Assembly (NCBI GenBank): GCA_044440125.1
Contig: JBITAJ010000027.1
Location: 1-64,000, forward strand
Origin: Sedimentisphaeraceae bacterium JB056
GTDB lineage: Bacteria > Planctomycetota > Phycisphaerae > Sedimentisphaerales > Sedimentisphaeraceae
Reading direction: 5' to 3'
DNA length: 64,000 nucleotides
Shown here: positions 27,750 through 38,691 of the stretch, piece by piece
Layout of the letters: each line of letters begins with the position of its first letter
Numbering within the stretch: position 1 is the stretch's first letter
Program-made: the position numbers and the translations under genes
Notes under the pieces: generated by a model
The model's input: the letters and a program-made list of their open reading frames with translations, nothing else
Told to the model about the DNA's origin: nothing
Databases searched by the model: none

Positions 27750-30332
27750 TTATATCTTGCTGATATGGTATGCGTGGGAAACCGCGTCGACGAGTATCTT
27801 ATCGCCGGCCTTAAACTTGCCGGCAAGCATTTCGGCGGCGAGTTTATTCTCAAGCCGCTGCTGGATGGCACGTTTGAGCGGTCTGGCTCCGAATACAGGG
27901 TCGTAGCCGTCATCAAGCAATTGCTCCTTCGCCTTATCAGAGAACTGTACTTCGATATCCCTGTCCTTGAGTCTTGATTTGAGCATTTCAAGCTGAATAT
28001 CAACGATTTTGATAAGGTCTTTTCGGTCGAGCATCTTGAATACGATTGTCTCATCGATTCTGTTGAGGAATTCGGGGGCAAAGAACTTGCCGAGAATATC
28101 TTTGACGTGTGCCTCGATTTCCCAATCGGCCGCACCATCTTCCTGTGTGAGGTTTCGTATCTGTTCGCCGCCAAGGTTGCTTGTCATAATGATTACGGTA
28201 TTTTTGAAATCAACGGTTTTGCCCTTGCCGTCGGTCAGTCTGCCGTCATCGAATACCTGAAGCATCACGTTGAAGACATCCCTGTGTGCCTTCTCTATTT
28301 CATCGAGCAATACAACCGAGTATGGCTTTCTGCGTACCGCCTCGGTAAGCTTGCCGCCTTCATCATAGCCGACGTATCCGGGAGGAGCCCCGATAAGCCT
28401 TGATACAGAGTGGCTTTCCATGAATTCGCTCATGTCGATACGAACCATTGCTGATGGGTCATCAAAGAGGAAGTCCGCCAGAGATTTTGAAAGCTCAGTC
28501 TTGCCGACACCAGTTGGACCAAGGAACAGGAATGTTCCGATCGGGCGATTAGGGTCGCCCAGCCCAGCACGATTTCTACGTACCGCATTGGATACCGCAA
28601 CAACGGCCTCATCCTGACCGACAACGTGCTTGCGAAGTTCATCTTCCATGTGGACGAGTTTTTCCCGTTCGCCGCTGAGCAGCTTGGATATAGGGATATT
28701 TGTCCATTTTGAGACGACATCGGCAATCTGCTCGGCTGTAACCTCGTTATGTATCATATTTTTCTTTTTATCGTCTTCCGCGGTGGCTTCCTTTTGTTCA
28801 AGCTCTTTTTCGAGGTCTACAAGCTCGCCGTATTTGAGCCTTGCGGCAGTTTCAAGTTCGCCCTTACGCTGGGCATCTTCAAGCTTTTGTTTTGTGTCTT
28901 CAATTTTCTGCTTCAAGTCTTTTATGCTGTCAAGCTGAGACTTTTCGCTTTCCCATTGTTCTGTCTGTTTCTTGTTTTCTTCTTCAAGTTTGGCAAGCTT
29001 GTTTTCGGCCTCCTCAAGCTGCTTTATGCTTGCCTCATCTGTCTCTTTCTTCAAGGCTTCACGCTCTATCTGAAGCTGCATAATACGTCTGCGGATAGAA
29101 TCAAGCTCTGCGGGCAGAGAGTCGTTTTCTATTCTAAGTTTGGATGCGGCTTCATCGATAAGGTCGATAGCTTTATCCGGCAGCCATCTGTCAGTAATAT
29201 ACCTGTTTGACAGTGTGGCGGCGGCAACAAGTGCCGAGTCCTGTATTCTGACGCCGTGGTGAGTGTCGTAGCGGCTTTTTAGTCCGCGAAGAATAGCTAT
29301 TGTCTGCTCTACAGTAGGCGGGTCTATTGTAATCGGCTGGAAACGCCTTTCAAGAGCCGCGTCTTTTTCGATGTATTTCCTGTATTCATCGATAGTTGTA
29401 GCACCGATACATCTCAGCTCACCCCTTGCAAGTGATGGTTTAAGCAGGTTGCCCGCATCAACAGAGCCTTCGGCTTTTCCTGTTCCTACTATAGTGTGAA
29501 GCTCGTCAATGAAGAGGATTATCTCGCCTCCGGATTGAGTCACTTCCTTAAGCACGGCTTTGAATCGGTTTTCAAATTCTCCTCGGAATTTTGTACCTGC
29601 TATCAATGCTCCCATATCAAGTGCTATAACCTTCTTATCCTTAAGCCCGACAGGTACATCGCCATCCACTATTCTTTGTGCGAGTCCTTCGGCGATAGCT
29701 GTTTTGCCAACACCAGGCTCGCCAATTAGAACCGGATTGTTCTTGGTACGTCTTGTAAGCACCTGCATACATCGCCTGATTTCTTCCTCACGGCCGATAA
29801 CAGGATCAAGTTTTCCTTTTTCCGCCATCTCAATGAGGTTTATGCCGTATTTTTCGAGGGCGTTATACTGCGATTCGGGGTTTGCATCGGTTACTTTCTG
29901 TCCGCCGCGAATCTGTTTTATAGCTTCCTCAACCTTGTCGGCTGTTACAGCATTGACATCCAGAAGCGATTTAACAGGGTTGTCGTTGGTGCATAGGGCT
30001 AAGAGAATATGCTCAATGCTCAAATATTCATCACCCATTTTATCCGCTTTATTTTGTGCGTCAAGAATGACACGGTTCAATGCCATATCTGGCATGATTT
30101 GCGAATTTGACCCTGTCGGAAGGTGCGAAAGTTCGCTCTCTGTCATGTCCTTTATTCGCTTGATATTTCCACCGGCTTTAGTAAGAATTTCACCGGCAAT
30201 ACCGTCGGTATCGTCAAGCATGGCTTTGAAAATATGGAGGGTGCTTAGAACTGTATGTGATTTAGCCATAGCTATTTGCTGCGCTGTGGCCAATGATTCC
30301 TGCACCTTAACTGTAAATTTATCAAACTTCAT
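27750..30332 (-). CDS. clpB: ATP-dependent chaperone ClpB
   Basis: Two AAA+ modules ([16 protein letters not shown]), coiled-coil middle domain, GARPLKR. Confidence 0.97.
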   Translation of the reverse strand: MKFDKFTVKVQESLATAQQIAMAKSHTVLSTLHIFKAMLDDTDGIAGEILTKAGGNIKRIKDMTESELSHLPTGSNSQIMPDMALNRVILDAQNKADKMGDEYLSIEHILLALCTNDNPVKSLLDVNAVTADKVEEAIKQIRGGQKVTDANPESQYNALEKYGINLIEMAEKGKLDPVIGREEEIRRCMQVLTRRTKNNPVLIGEPGVGKTAIAEGLAQRIVDGDVPVGLKDKKVIALDMGALIAGTKFRGEFENRFKAVLKEVTQSGGEIILFIDELHTIVGTGKAEGSVDAGNLLKPSLARGELRCIGATTIDEYRKYIEKDAALERRFQPITIDPPTVEQTIAILRGLKSRYDTHHGVRIQDSALVAAATLSNRYITDRWLPDKAIDLIDEAASKLRIENDSLPAELDSIRRRIMQLQIEREALKKETDEASIKQLEEAENKLAKLEEENKKQTEQWESEKSQLDSIKDLKQKIEDTKQKLEDAQRKGELETAARLKYGELVDLEKELEQKEATAEDDKKKNMIHNEVTAEQIADVVSKWTNIPISKLLSGEREKLVHMEDELRKHVVGQDEAVVAVSNAVRRNRAGLGDPNRPIGTFLFLGPTGVGKTELSKSLADFLFDDPSAMVRIDMSEFMESHSVSRLIGAPPGYVGYDEGGKLTEAVRRKPYSVVLLDEIEKAHRDVFNVMLQVFDDGRLTDGKGKTVDFKNTVIIMTSNLGGEQIRNLTQEDGAADWEIEAHVKDILGKFFAPEFLNRIDETIVFKMLDRKDLIKIVDIQLEMLKSRLKDRDIEVQFSDKAKEQLLDDGYDPVFGARPLKRAIQQRLENKLAAEMLAGKFKAGDKILVDAVSHAYHISKI

Positions 30333-30413
30333 GTAATCAAGTCCTTTCCATTGTTCAGATCAAACAATCAAGTTCTAAATCTTAACTTTTTCCTCATACA
30401 CATTAATATATCA

Positions 30414-30429
30414 AGCAAACTCTGTGCCA
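30414..30429 (-). promoter_or_regulatory. Sigma54 (-24/-12) promoter of clpB
   Basis: Minus strand reads TGGCACAGAGTTTGCT, a near-perfect consensus with GG-N10-GC spacing. Confidence 0.8.
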
Positions 30430-30578
30430 TGGTTTGACTTTTCCAGGAGAGAGTTGTGAAAGAGGGTGTTATTAATTGATGATTGTGATTTGAAAGTGGA
30501 CTATTCTTGACCACAAAATGTTAGAGAAGACAAAGGTTAAAAATGATACATTTCATCCTTCTCAATTTCAGACTATGT

Positions 30579-30603
30579 TAACCGGGGCGTGATGCCCCGG
30601 TTA
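30579..30603. terminator. Hairpin, likely terminator of the DUF2961 gene
   Basis: taaccggggc-gtgat-gccccggtta. Confidence 0.55.
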
Positions 30604-30623
30604 TTGGCTTGTTTTGTTTGAAA

Positions 30624-31775
30624 TCAGATGATTTCCAGATAATCTTTGTCGGGTAACTCGGGGAATTCTGCGGTTGGCAGAGTTTGATACCAGAATGCAA
30701 CCGAGGAAATATCATCCTGTAGCGGCAGGAATCTTCTTCCCGATCTCCATCCCAATGCCTGAATTGTAACTGCTAAGTTATCTTCGAATCGTATGGGGTC
30801 TGTTATATGCCATCGATACATGCTGAAACGCGTTTGAGAATTGTATACGCCATCGGGTCTTACAATATGCGGCAGGCCGGCGTATGGTGTGGTAAATTCC
30901 TTATATTGTTTACTCTGGCGGTCTTCAAAGTTGTATGAGCCGCAGAAGTAGTCTTCTGTGCCTGTGCCGCAAATTGTGGGGAAGCAGTCGCCGCCGTGTT
31001 CTGCCACAGATTCATCAACTGTTTTACCTTCTGGGATGTCGCCATCCATGTAGAACTTAATTTCACCCTCACCCCACCAACTGGTGTTATTAACTCCCCA
31101 TGCCATATATGTTCCAATATAGTGTCCTTTGCCGCGGATATTGTCTACTATTGTATAGACTTTTTTGTACGGCAGTGGGTTGGTGCGTCTGAACTGGGCA
31201 TGGAAATAGCCCATTTCCTGCGATGGTTCTCCAAGGGCGTAGTCTATCTGGTAAAAAATCCCAGAGTCACTTTCACCGATATTTTCCAGAGTGATTCTGC
31301 ATCGTTTACCGAAAGGCATTGGCCAGTAGCAGTTGAAGCCGCTGCCGGGATTAACGCATACTGCCAGAGATGATATCTGAGCGAAGCCTTTATCTGCATA
31401 GGCTGATGCGAAAAAATCACCAACAGGACATTCCACGCTTGGGATTTCCTGCCCGTCCCAGTAGATTCGCAGTATTGTATGGCGGTGGCTGCCTGTTGGG
31501 GTCATCCACATATGCTGAATACATCCGGGGCCTTCAATGTCTGCCATTGTATATGTTTCTCCCGGTTTTATTATGTCAGAAGGATGTATTTTCCAGCCTT
31601 TACCAAGCTCACGAGAGCAACCTGTTGGTTGATTGGTTTCAGGATCAAGCGGGACGGGTTCTTTACCTCCGCCGGAAACTTCACCTGAGCGGTTTTCACT
31701 GCAGATAGATCTTGTCTTAGCATTGGAAAGAAATGCTAAATTGTTCATGTTACAGGCCATTCCATCGAAAGTCAT
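30624..31775 (-). CDS. DUF2961 / glycoside hydrolase family 172 protein
   Basis: PSVECPVGDFF, NCYWPMPF, WWGEGEIKFY, GTGTEDYF, YRWHITDPI. Confidence 0.88.
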   Translation of the reverse strand: MTFDGMACNMNNLAFLSNAKTRSICSENRSGEVSGGGKEPVPLDPETNQPTGCSRELGKGWKIHPSDIIKPGETYTMADIEGPGCIQHMWMTPTGSHRHTILRIYWDGQEIPSVECPVGDFFASAYADKGFAQISSLAVCVNPGSGFNCYWPMPFGKRCRITLENIGESDSGIFYQIDYALGEPSQEMGYFHAQFRRTNPLPYKKVYTIVDNIRGKGHYIGTYMAWGVNNTSWWGEGEIKFYMDGDIPEGKTVDESVAEHGGDCFPTICGTGTEDYFCGSYNFEDRQSKQYKEFTTPYAGLPHIVRPDGVYNSQTRFSMYRWHITDPIRFEDNLAVTIQALGWRSGRRFLPLQDDISSVAFWYQTLPTAEFPELPDKDYLEII

Positions 31776-31893
31776 TTTGTTTCTCCAATATTTATAATTA
31801 GACTTTGTTGTATATTTTTTTTATACATACATTATGGTAGCTTGAAAAAATGATATTAAAATGGATTTTTATATGATATTTTTGTAAAATATT

Positions 31894-32736
31894 ATGATGA
31901 GCAATATTCCAAAAGTCAAAAGGTTCTTTCCAAAGCCGCAGGTTCAGTCCTCGCCGTTGAATATAAATGGCGTCGGTATCCGTGAACCAATGGGAGTTTT
32001 TATGATTGACCGTCCTGTTGGGCATGGTGACTATCTGATCATGCTTTTTCATCATCCTACGGTTATTGGTTTTGATGGCAGGACAAAACATTCTGCGGGA
32101 GGAGAGATTATTATCTGGCCTCCGGGCGTGAGACAGAAATACGGGTATACTGAAGAAATGTCTGAAACATGGACGCATTCATGGATTCATATAGACGGCA
32201 ATTTGCTGGCAAAATATATTCGTGAATCGCGTCTGCCTATTGACAAGCCGTTTTCGCCTGTCGCGGCAGATATGTTTGATGATTATCTCTATCGTTTGTA
32301 TAGGGAAGTGACAGAGAATGTAAATCCTGACGATATTATCGTTTCCAATTTTGTTCAGAATATGCTGAGGGAGTTTGGCAGGGTGCTGTATCGCAGTGAT
32401 AATTCACATATGGTTCCGGAAGAAATGCTGCGTGCGAAAAATATGATAGAGCAATTTGCAGATCAAAATCTAATGCTGGAGCAGGTTGCTGAGGTTGGCG
32501 GTTATTCTGTGCCGCATTTTTGTGTGCTTTTTAAGGAATACTTCGGGGTTTCGCCTATTGCCTATGCTACCCAGGTTCGTATGCAGCAGGCGACCTATTT
32601 GCTTCAGGATAGAAATCGGCAGATAACAGCCATAGCCAAAGAGCTTGGCTATAAAGATGTCTACCACTTTTCAAAGCGTTTCAAAGAGTTCTTCGGCTAC
32701 AGCCCAAAACAGCAGCGAAAGAGCGATATCAATTGA
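31894..32736 (+). CDS. AraC family transcriptional regulator
   Basis: C-terminal double HTH (FKEYFGVSP ... LGYKDVYHFSKRFK); divergent from the GH172 gene. Confidence 0.92.
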   Translation: MMSNIPKVKRFFPKPQVQSSPLNINGVGIREPMGVFMIDRPVGHGDYLIMLFHHPTVIGFDGRTKHSAGGEIIIWPPGVRQKYGYTEEMSETWTHSWIHIDGNLLAKYIRESRLPIDKPFSPVAADMFDDYLYRLYREVTENVNPDDIIVSNFVQNMLREFGRVLYRSDNSHMVPEEMLRAKNMIEQFADQNLMLEQVAEVGGYSVPHFCVLFKEYFGVSPIAYATQVRMQQATYLLQDRNRQITAIAKELGYKDVYHFSKRFKEFFGYSPKQQRKSDIN

Positions 32737-32762
32737 TAATTAACAATTGATATCGGATAATT
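32729..32762. repeat. Heptamer-periodic intergenic repeat
   Basis: tcaattgataattaacaattga (22 bp) identical at 55347..55368; both copies continue nnnnggataatt. Confidence 0.8.
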
Positions 32763-32788
32763 TTGACTGCGAAATGCACTGATGAATT

Positions 32789-33577
32789 TCAGCTTTCTTT
32801 TTCCCAGATAATGTCGCCTACCCATATTTCACGTATTGTTCCATCGAGTTTTCGCAGCAGGAACTGGCCGTTTTCTCCGAGTCCTACGAAGAATCCTTCA
32901 TCAACCTTTTTGTCTGATTCCACGACCTCGAGTCCTCGACCAAGTCCGTAGGCTATTTTCATCCATTGGTTTACTATAGCGGATGTCGGCTGCTGGAACC
33001 AGATGGTGAGCCATCTATCGAGGCTTTCGAGTATTACGGGCAGAATGTCATCGGGTTTGTGTTTTTTTGTAGTCTCTGCGTATATTGATGTTGCGGGTGA
33101 ATCTATGCCGTTAAGTGCTTGGTTGTCGAGGTTTACGTTAATTCCTATGCCGCAGATAGCACATATCTTGCCGTTAAGATAGGCCGTTTCAGAAAGTATG
33201 CCGCACAGTTTTTTGTTTCCCACGTATATGTCGTTAGGCCATTTTACCCTGCAGTCAAGTCCGAATTGCGTCATAGCTTCTGCCACAGCAACACCTGCGG
33301 CAAGGGTTATAGTGGTTATTTCTGATTGTTTCTTGGCTGTTATGTCAATAAGAAATGAGAATGTCAGGCTCATATTCTTTCCAGAATACCAGCTTCTTTC
33401 TTTTCGCCCGCGGCCGTTGGTCTGATTGCGGGCAATTATTACCGAACCGTTGCGTATGGCAGGGTCGCAGTCTACGATCTGACGCCTTATATAGTTGTTT
33501 GTAGAGTCGACACTCTCGAGCGTTATTGTATTGTTGAAAAGCCTGTATTTTGATGACGCCACTGAATTTACTTTCAT
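32789..33577 (-). CDS. birA: Biotin--[acetyl-CoA-carboxylase] ligase (no N-terminal HTH)
   Basis: VDSTN, QTNGRGR, VKWPNDI, KLCGIL, GIGINVN. Confidence 0.93.
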   Translation of the reverse strand: MKVNSVASSKYRLFNNTITLESVDSTNNYIRRQIVDCDPAIRNGSVIIARNQTNGRGRKERSWYSGKNMSLTFSFLIDITAKKQSEITTITLAAGVAVAEAMTQFGLDCRVKWPNDIYVGNKKLCGILSETAYLNGKICAICGIGINVNLDNQALNGIDSPATSIYAETTKKHKPDDILPVILESLDRWLTIWFQQPTSAIVNQWMKIAYGLGRGLEVVESDKKVDEGFFVGLGENGQFLLRKLDGTIREIWVGDIIWEKES

Positions 33578-33751
33578 ATTAGTATTCTTTGTTTCTTATT
33601 ATGAGTGTGTATTGTACATCAAAATACAAAAAAGGAAAGATTAAGTGTTGACTTTTCACAATAAAACGTGTCTAATATCGTCAATTTGCGTTTACCGGGA
33701 GCGGTAGCCCGGTATAACTAATTTACAATTATCAAAATACAGGAGTATTCT

Positions 33752-33982
33752 GTGATAGATCAAGGTGCAAATTTCATGGAAGGCGTGGAATTTATGGTAG
33801 TAGGTATGGGAGTAGTGTTCAGCTTCCTCGTACTTATGGTTATTGTGATGCAGGTCAATGCGGCTGTTATCACAAGATTTTTCCCGGAAAAAGAAGAGCC
33901 AGTACAGCAGGCATCAGGTGCCGGCGGTGACAGGGCCAAAATAGCGGCAGCGATAGCAATCGCACGGGCCCAAAAGGCGTAA
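33752..33982 (+). CDS. oadG: Na+-translocating decarboxylase gamma subunit
   Basis: GMGVVFSFLVL TM helix and IAAAIAIA tail; AGGAG RBS. Confidence 0.85.
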   Translation: MIDQGANFMEGVEFMVVGMGVVFSFLVLMVIVMQVNAAVITRFFPEKEEPVQQASGAGGDRAKIAAAIAIARAQKA

Positions 33983-34016
33983 ACAAGATTCAATCAAGAT
34001 TAAGGAATTATAAACG

Positions 34017-35825
34017 ATGGCAAAAAAGCAAGTAAAGGTTATGATAACCGCATTTCGTGACGGTTTTCAGAGTTGTTATGGAGCTCGAGTATTAACTGAA
34101 GATTTTATGCCTGCAGTGGCTGCGGCAAGAGATGCCGGTATCACTCACTTTGAGGCAGGCGGTGGAGCACGTTTCCAGTCGCTTTTCTTCTACTGTAACG
34201 AGAGCGCATTCGATATGATGGATAAGTTCAGGGAAGTTGCGGGCCCTGATGCGAACCTTCAGACACTTGCCCGTGGTGTTAACGTTGTGGGTTTGGAATC
34301 ACAAAGTCGTGATGTTATCAAAGCTCATGCCGATCTGTTCAAGAAGCACGGTATTACAACTATCCGTAACTTTGATGCTCTTAATGATGTAAACAACCTG
34401 ATCTATTCTGGTCAGTGTATTCATGATGCAGGACTTAAGCACGAAGTTGTTGTTACAATGATGGAACTTCCTCCAGGATGTGAAGGCTCACATACTCCAG
34501 AGTTCTATGAGCAAACACTCAAGCAGATTCTTGATGCAGGTATTCCTTATGATTCAGTATGTTTCAAGGATGCATCAGGTACATCAACTCCTCAGAAGGT
34601 TTATGACACAATGAAGCTCGCACGCAAGATGCTTCCTGCTGAGATATCCCTTCGTATGCACACACACGAGACAGCCGGTAATGGCGTAATGTGTTATCGT
34701 GCGGCTCTTGACGGCGGTGCTGATGCTATCGACCTTTCGCTTGCACCATGTTCAGGCGGTACTGCTCAGACTGATGCGCTTGTAATGTGGCATGCACTTC
34801 GCGGTACAGATTTCGATCTTGGCTTCGATCCAGAGAAGCTTCGTGAGGCAGAGGGTGTATTCAAGGATTGTATGAAAGAATACTTCTTCCCACCAGAGGC
34901 AGCAGCAGTTGAGCCGCTGATCCCATGGTCTCCTATGCCTGGTGGTGCTCTCACAGCAAATACACAGATGCTTCGTGATAACGGACTTATGGATAAGTAT
35001 CCTGAAATTATTCAGGCTATGAGTGAGACAGTTCGCAAGGGCGGTTTCGGTACTTCTGTAACACCTGTTTCACAGTTCTACTTCCAGCAGGCATTCAACA
35101 ACGTAATGTTTGGCCCATGGGAGAAGATCGCTGACGGTTACGGCAAGATGGTTCTCGGCTACTTCGGTAAGACTCCTTGCACTCCTGATGCGGAAGTTAT
35201 CAAGATTGCCTCTGAGCAGCTCAAGCTTGAGCCGACTACTGATAGCCCTGTTGATATCAATGACCGTGACGAGAGTAAAGGTCTTGCACAGGCTAAGAAG
35301 AAAGTTGTCGATGCAGGTCTTGAAGCTACAGATGAGAATGTGTTCATTGTTGCTACTTGCGGCGATAAGGGTATTACATTCCTTAAGGGTGAAGCTAAGC
35401 TTGGTATTCGTAAGAATGAACCGGCTAAGGAAGCAGCATCTACTGAGGCCGGCAACGACTGCTATGATGTTACTCTTGACGGCAAGGTTTACACTGTTAA
35501 GCTTAGCGGTAAGCAGGCAGTTGTTAACGGCAAGACATTCAACTATACAGTCGGTGCTTCAGAAGGCGGCGATGCTTCTGGCAGCAAGTCTTCAAATGCA
35601 ACAGGCCAGGTTGATACTGTAAAAGCTAAACTTCCTGGTGCGGTTGTTAAGGTCCTTGTAGAAGAAGGCGAAGACGTTGATGAAGGCCAGACAATTATGA
35701 TACTTGAAGCAATGAAGATGGAGACAGAGGTCAAGAGCCTTGTTTCCGGAACAATTGAAGAAATAAGTGTCAAGGTTGGTGATCAGGTCAAAGCAGATCA
35801 GGTACTTGTAACAATTAACATGTAA
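34017..35825 (+). CDS. oadA: Oxaloacetate decarboxylase alpha subunit (carboxyltransferase plus biotinyl domain)
   Basis: FRDGFQS, CFKDASG, HTHET, EAMKM biotin site. Confidence 0.88.
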   Translation: MAKKQVKVMITAFRDGFQSCYGARVLTEDFMPAVAAARDAGITHFEAGGGARFQSLFFYCNESAFDMMDKFREVAGPDANLQTLARGVNVVGLESQSRDVIKAHADLFKKHGITTIRNFDALNDVNNLIYSGQCIHDAGLKHEVVVTMMELPPGCEGSHTPEFYEQTLKQILDAGIPYDSVCFKDASGTSTPQKVYDTMKLARKMLPAEISLRMHTHETAGNGVMCYRAALDGGADAIDLSLAPCSGGTAQTDALVMWHALRGTDFDLGFDPEKLREAEGVFKDCMKEYFFPPEAAAVEPLIPWSPMPGGALTANTQMLRDNGLMDKYPEIIQAMSETVRKGGFGTSVTPVSQFYFQQAFNNVMFGPWEKIADGYGKMVLGYFGKTPCTPDAEVIKIASEQLKLEPTTDSPVDINDRDESKGLAQAKKKVVDAGLEATDENVFIVATCGDKGITFLKGEAKLGIRKNEPAKEAASTEAGNDCYDVTLDGKVYTVKLSGKQAVVNGKTFNYTVGASEGGDASGSKSSNATGQVDTVKAKLPGAVVKVLVEEGEDVDEGQTIMILEAMKMETEVKSLVSGTIEEISVKVGDQVKADQVLVTINM

Positions 35826-35834
35826 TCAAAGGTA

Positions 35835-37265
35835 ATGATCGTGAATATGTTTGAGAAAATAAAAACTCGAAGCTTCTCTATGCTTACTATAGCAATGCTT
35901 CTCGCTGTTATGACAATGTCTTTCAGCAGTGTTGCGGTTGCAGAAGAGCCGGCTGCGAGTGAAAAAATAGAAGCTATGGCCTCTGAGGTTGATACCCAGG
36001 CGGCCGAAGCGCAAGAGTCAAGTAAGTTTATGGCTCTATGGAAAGATACTGGTATCTACAGGTTTATCTTCCCTAAGACCCAAGAGGAAAAAGAGGCAGA
36101 ATATGCGGCCGCTTTGATAAAAGCTGAAGAAGCTGATAAAAAAGCTCACGAGCATATTGAAAGCATTCTTCCAGAAGGATTAAGCCGTATTATTATGATT
36201 GCGGTTGGTATCCTCCTGATATGGCTTGCTATCAAGAAGGGTTTTGAGCCGCTTCTTCTCCTGCCTATCGGGTTTGGTTGTATACTTGCCAATATCCCAG
36301 TTGCGGGAATTGCAGAGGCTGGTTTGCCTGGTAATCCTGACGGATTTCTTTATATAATCTACAGTATGGGTGTTAAGTCTGGTTTGTTCCCACTGCTCAT
36401 CTTCATGGGTGTTGGAGCTATGACAGACTTCGGTCCGCTTATTGCCAATCCTAAGACAGCTCTGCTTGGTGCGGCTGCTCAGTTTGGTATTTTTGCTACT
36501 CTTATAGGTGCTTTGGTACTTCCTCTTGGATTTACTTTGAAGCAGGCAAGTGCCATCGGTATTATTGGCGGTGCGGATGGTCCAACGGCTATTTTCCTGT
36601 CAGGCAGGCTTGCTCCTGAGCTTATGGGTGCTATTGCGGTTGCGGCTTATTCATATATGGCTCTTGTACCTGTAATTCAGCCTCCGATTATGCGTTTCTT
36701 TACTTCAAAGTCAGAACGTATGATTGAGATGAAGCAGCTTCGCCATGTATCAAAGACAGAGAAGATCGTGTTCCCGCTGGTAGTTCTGGTTCTTTGTGTT
36801 CTGCTTCTGCCATCAGCATGTCCTCTTATCGGTGCGTTGATGTTTGGTAATCTTGCCAAGGAATCAGGCGTAGTGAATAGGCTTAGCGATACAATGCAGA
36901 ATTCACTTATCAATATCGTAACTATCATGCTCGGTCTTGCGGTTGGTTCAAAGCTTGCTTATGACAAGTTCCTCAACTGGCAGACAGTAGGTATTCTTGC
37001 TCTGGGTATCGTTGCCTTTGGTATTGGTACTGCTTGCGGTGTACTTCTTGCTAAGATCATGAATGCGATATGCAAGGATAAGATTAATCCGCTTATCGGT
37101 GCGGCTGGTGTTTCTGCTGTTCCTATGGCAGCACGTGTAGCCAACAAGGTAGGTCTTGAGGAAAATCCTCATAACTTCCTGCTTATGCATGCGATGGGCC
37201 CTAACGTGGCCGGTGTTATCGGTTCTGCGGTAGCGGCTGGTGTACTTCTGGCTCTCTGCGGCTGA
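35835..37265 (+). CDS. oadB: Na+-translocating decarboxylase beta subunit
   Basis: [47 protein letters not shown]. Confidence 0.95.
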   Translation: MIVNMFEKIKTRSFSMLTIAMLLAVMTMSFSSVAVAEEPAASEKIEAMASEVDTQAAEAQESSKFMALWKDTGIYRFIFPKTQEEKEAEYAAALIKAEEADKKAHEHIESILPEGLSRIIMIAVGILLIWLAIKKGFEPLLLLPIGFGCILANIPVAGIAEAGLPGNPDGFLYIIYSMGVKSGLFPLLIFMGVGAMTDFGPLIANPKTALLGAAAQFGIFATLIGALVLPLGFTLKQASAIGIIGGADGPTAIFLSGRLAPELMGAIAVAAYSYMALVPVIQPPIMRFFTSKSERMIEMKQLRHVSKTEKIVFPLVVLVLCVLLLPSACPLIGALMFGNLAKESGVVNRLSDTMQNSLINIVTIMLGLAVGSKLAYDKFLNWQTVGILALGIVAFGIGTACGVLLAKIMNAICKDKINPLIGAAGVSAVPMAARVANKVGLEENPHNFLLMHAMGPNVAGVIGSAVAAGVLLALCG

Positions 37266-37289
37266 TAAGACACCAAAATTAAAATAATT

Positions 37290-37328
37290 AAAGGCGATGA
37301 GTTTTTTATAAGCTCATCGCCTTTTTTT
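37290..37328 (+). terminator. Intrinsic terminator after oadB
   Basis: aaaggcgatgag...ctcatcgccttttttt. Confidence 0.85.
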
Positions 37329-37585
37329 CGTGAGGGGGTGTAATTTAACGATTGGCGGTGGCTTTTGGAGTGCTTTACCAAACGAAGAGCGGTAAAGCTT
37401 TGGAATATCCCTACCTGAGAGGTGTTAGTGAGCCAAAAAACAGAATATTCTTGCAAGATTTTGTTAATTGGGTAGGATTTAAAGGGTTATGACTTGTTCA
37501 AAACCAAACATTTGAGATTTTGGGACGTTATAATAAGTGTAGAAGTAAAATTTTGTTTCTGAATAAGAACTTTAGGTGCAGATAA

Positions 37586-38581
37586 ATGCTGATAAGTATT
37601 AATAATGGACAGTTGAAAATTGGTGCAAAGGAAGAGCAGTCGCTCAGGGACGCACTCTTAGCAAATGAGATTAAAATCGGTGTTTGCGGCGGCAGGGGAA
37701 TATGCGGCAAATGCAAGCTAAAAGTGCAGAACTGTAAGCAGGAGTTCACTGAAGCGGAGAAGAAAAAGCTTTCTGAACAGGAGATTAGTGAGGGATTTCG
37801 ACTCGCTTGCCAGATAGAAGCGGTTGGAGGTATGGAGATATCGCTTCCTGATGATGTTATAGATCAACAGGATTTTTCTGCTGTCTGTACGAAAATAACG
37901 CCTCTGACCTCTGATGTGCGGATGTTTCGCTTTGACATGAAGGATTCTCAAACACTTGATTACATACCAGGCCAGTATGTTCAGCTTACAACGCCATCGG
38001 ATATTGAGGGATACCCCAGCGTTACAAGGACATTCTCAATAGCTTCTGACCCATCTGATAAGAGCTATTTTGAGCTTATAATAAAACGTACGCCAAATGG
38101 GAATTGCACAAGATATCTTTTCGAGAAAATTGAGGAGGGTACTGAGCTGGAGTTTATGGGGCCTGATGGAGATTTCAGGTTGACATGCAACGACAGCCCA
38201 ATGATATTTATAGCCGGCGGATCGGGCATGAGTGCTATAAGATGTCTGCTTATGGAAATGAGACGTACAAATTGCAAGCGTAAGACTACTTATTTCTTTG
38301 GTGCTCCAACTCCTGAGGGGCTATATATGCTTGATGAAATGAGTGCTTTTGAGAATGAGCTTTCCGAATTTAAATTCGTGCCGTGTGTCCAAACCGACCC
38401 TGCCTGCCAATGGAAGGGGGCAAAGGGGCTTGTTACCCAAGTGGTCAGCAGTTGTTATGATAAATGCAATGAGGCTGAGGCCTATCTTTGTGGTGCTCCT
38501 GGAATGATAAATGCATCTATACCTGTACTTGAGACCATAGGTGTTGACAAAAGCCGTATATACTATGACAGTTTTGGATGA
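37586..38581 (+). CDS. 2Fe-2S/FAD/NAD(P)-binding oxidoreductase (NqrF-like, no TM anchor)
   Basis: CGGRGICGKC, RLACQ, RTFSIAS, IAGGSGMS, YLCGAPGM, YYDSF. Confidence 0.88.
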   Translation: MLISINNGQLKIGAKEEQSLRDALLANEIKIGVCGGRGICGKCKLKVQNCKQEFTEAEKKKLSEQEISEGFRLACQIEAVGGMEISLPDDVIDQQDFSAVCTKITPLTSDVRMFRFDMKDSQTLDYIPGQYVQLTTPSDIEGYPSVTRTFSIASDPSDKSYFELIIKRTPNGNCTRYLFEKIEEGTELEFMGPDGDFRLTCNDSPMIFIAGGSGMSAIRCLLMEMRRTNCKRKTTYFFGAPTPEGLYMLDEMSAFENELSEFKFVPCVQTDPACQWKGAKGLVTQVVSSCYDKCNEAEAYLCGAPGMINASIPVLETIGVDKSRIYYDSFG

Positions 38582-38691
38582 TAATTAACAATTAAGGAGT
38601 TCGCTTCGTGCAATCTTTGTTTATGGTTCTTGCCGTAACTGAATTTTCTACGAACTGCGAACTATGAACTTCCTATTTATAAGGTGAATTT

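Noticed and set aside
29560..30336. Long antisense ORFs (for example over clpB, gltB, yidC and cimA)
   Set aside because: Shadows of well-supported genes on the opposite strand with no recognisable motifs
31846..31883. atgatatt direct repeat as AraC half-sites
   Set aside because: Too short in very AT-rich DNA to distinguish from chance
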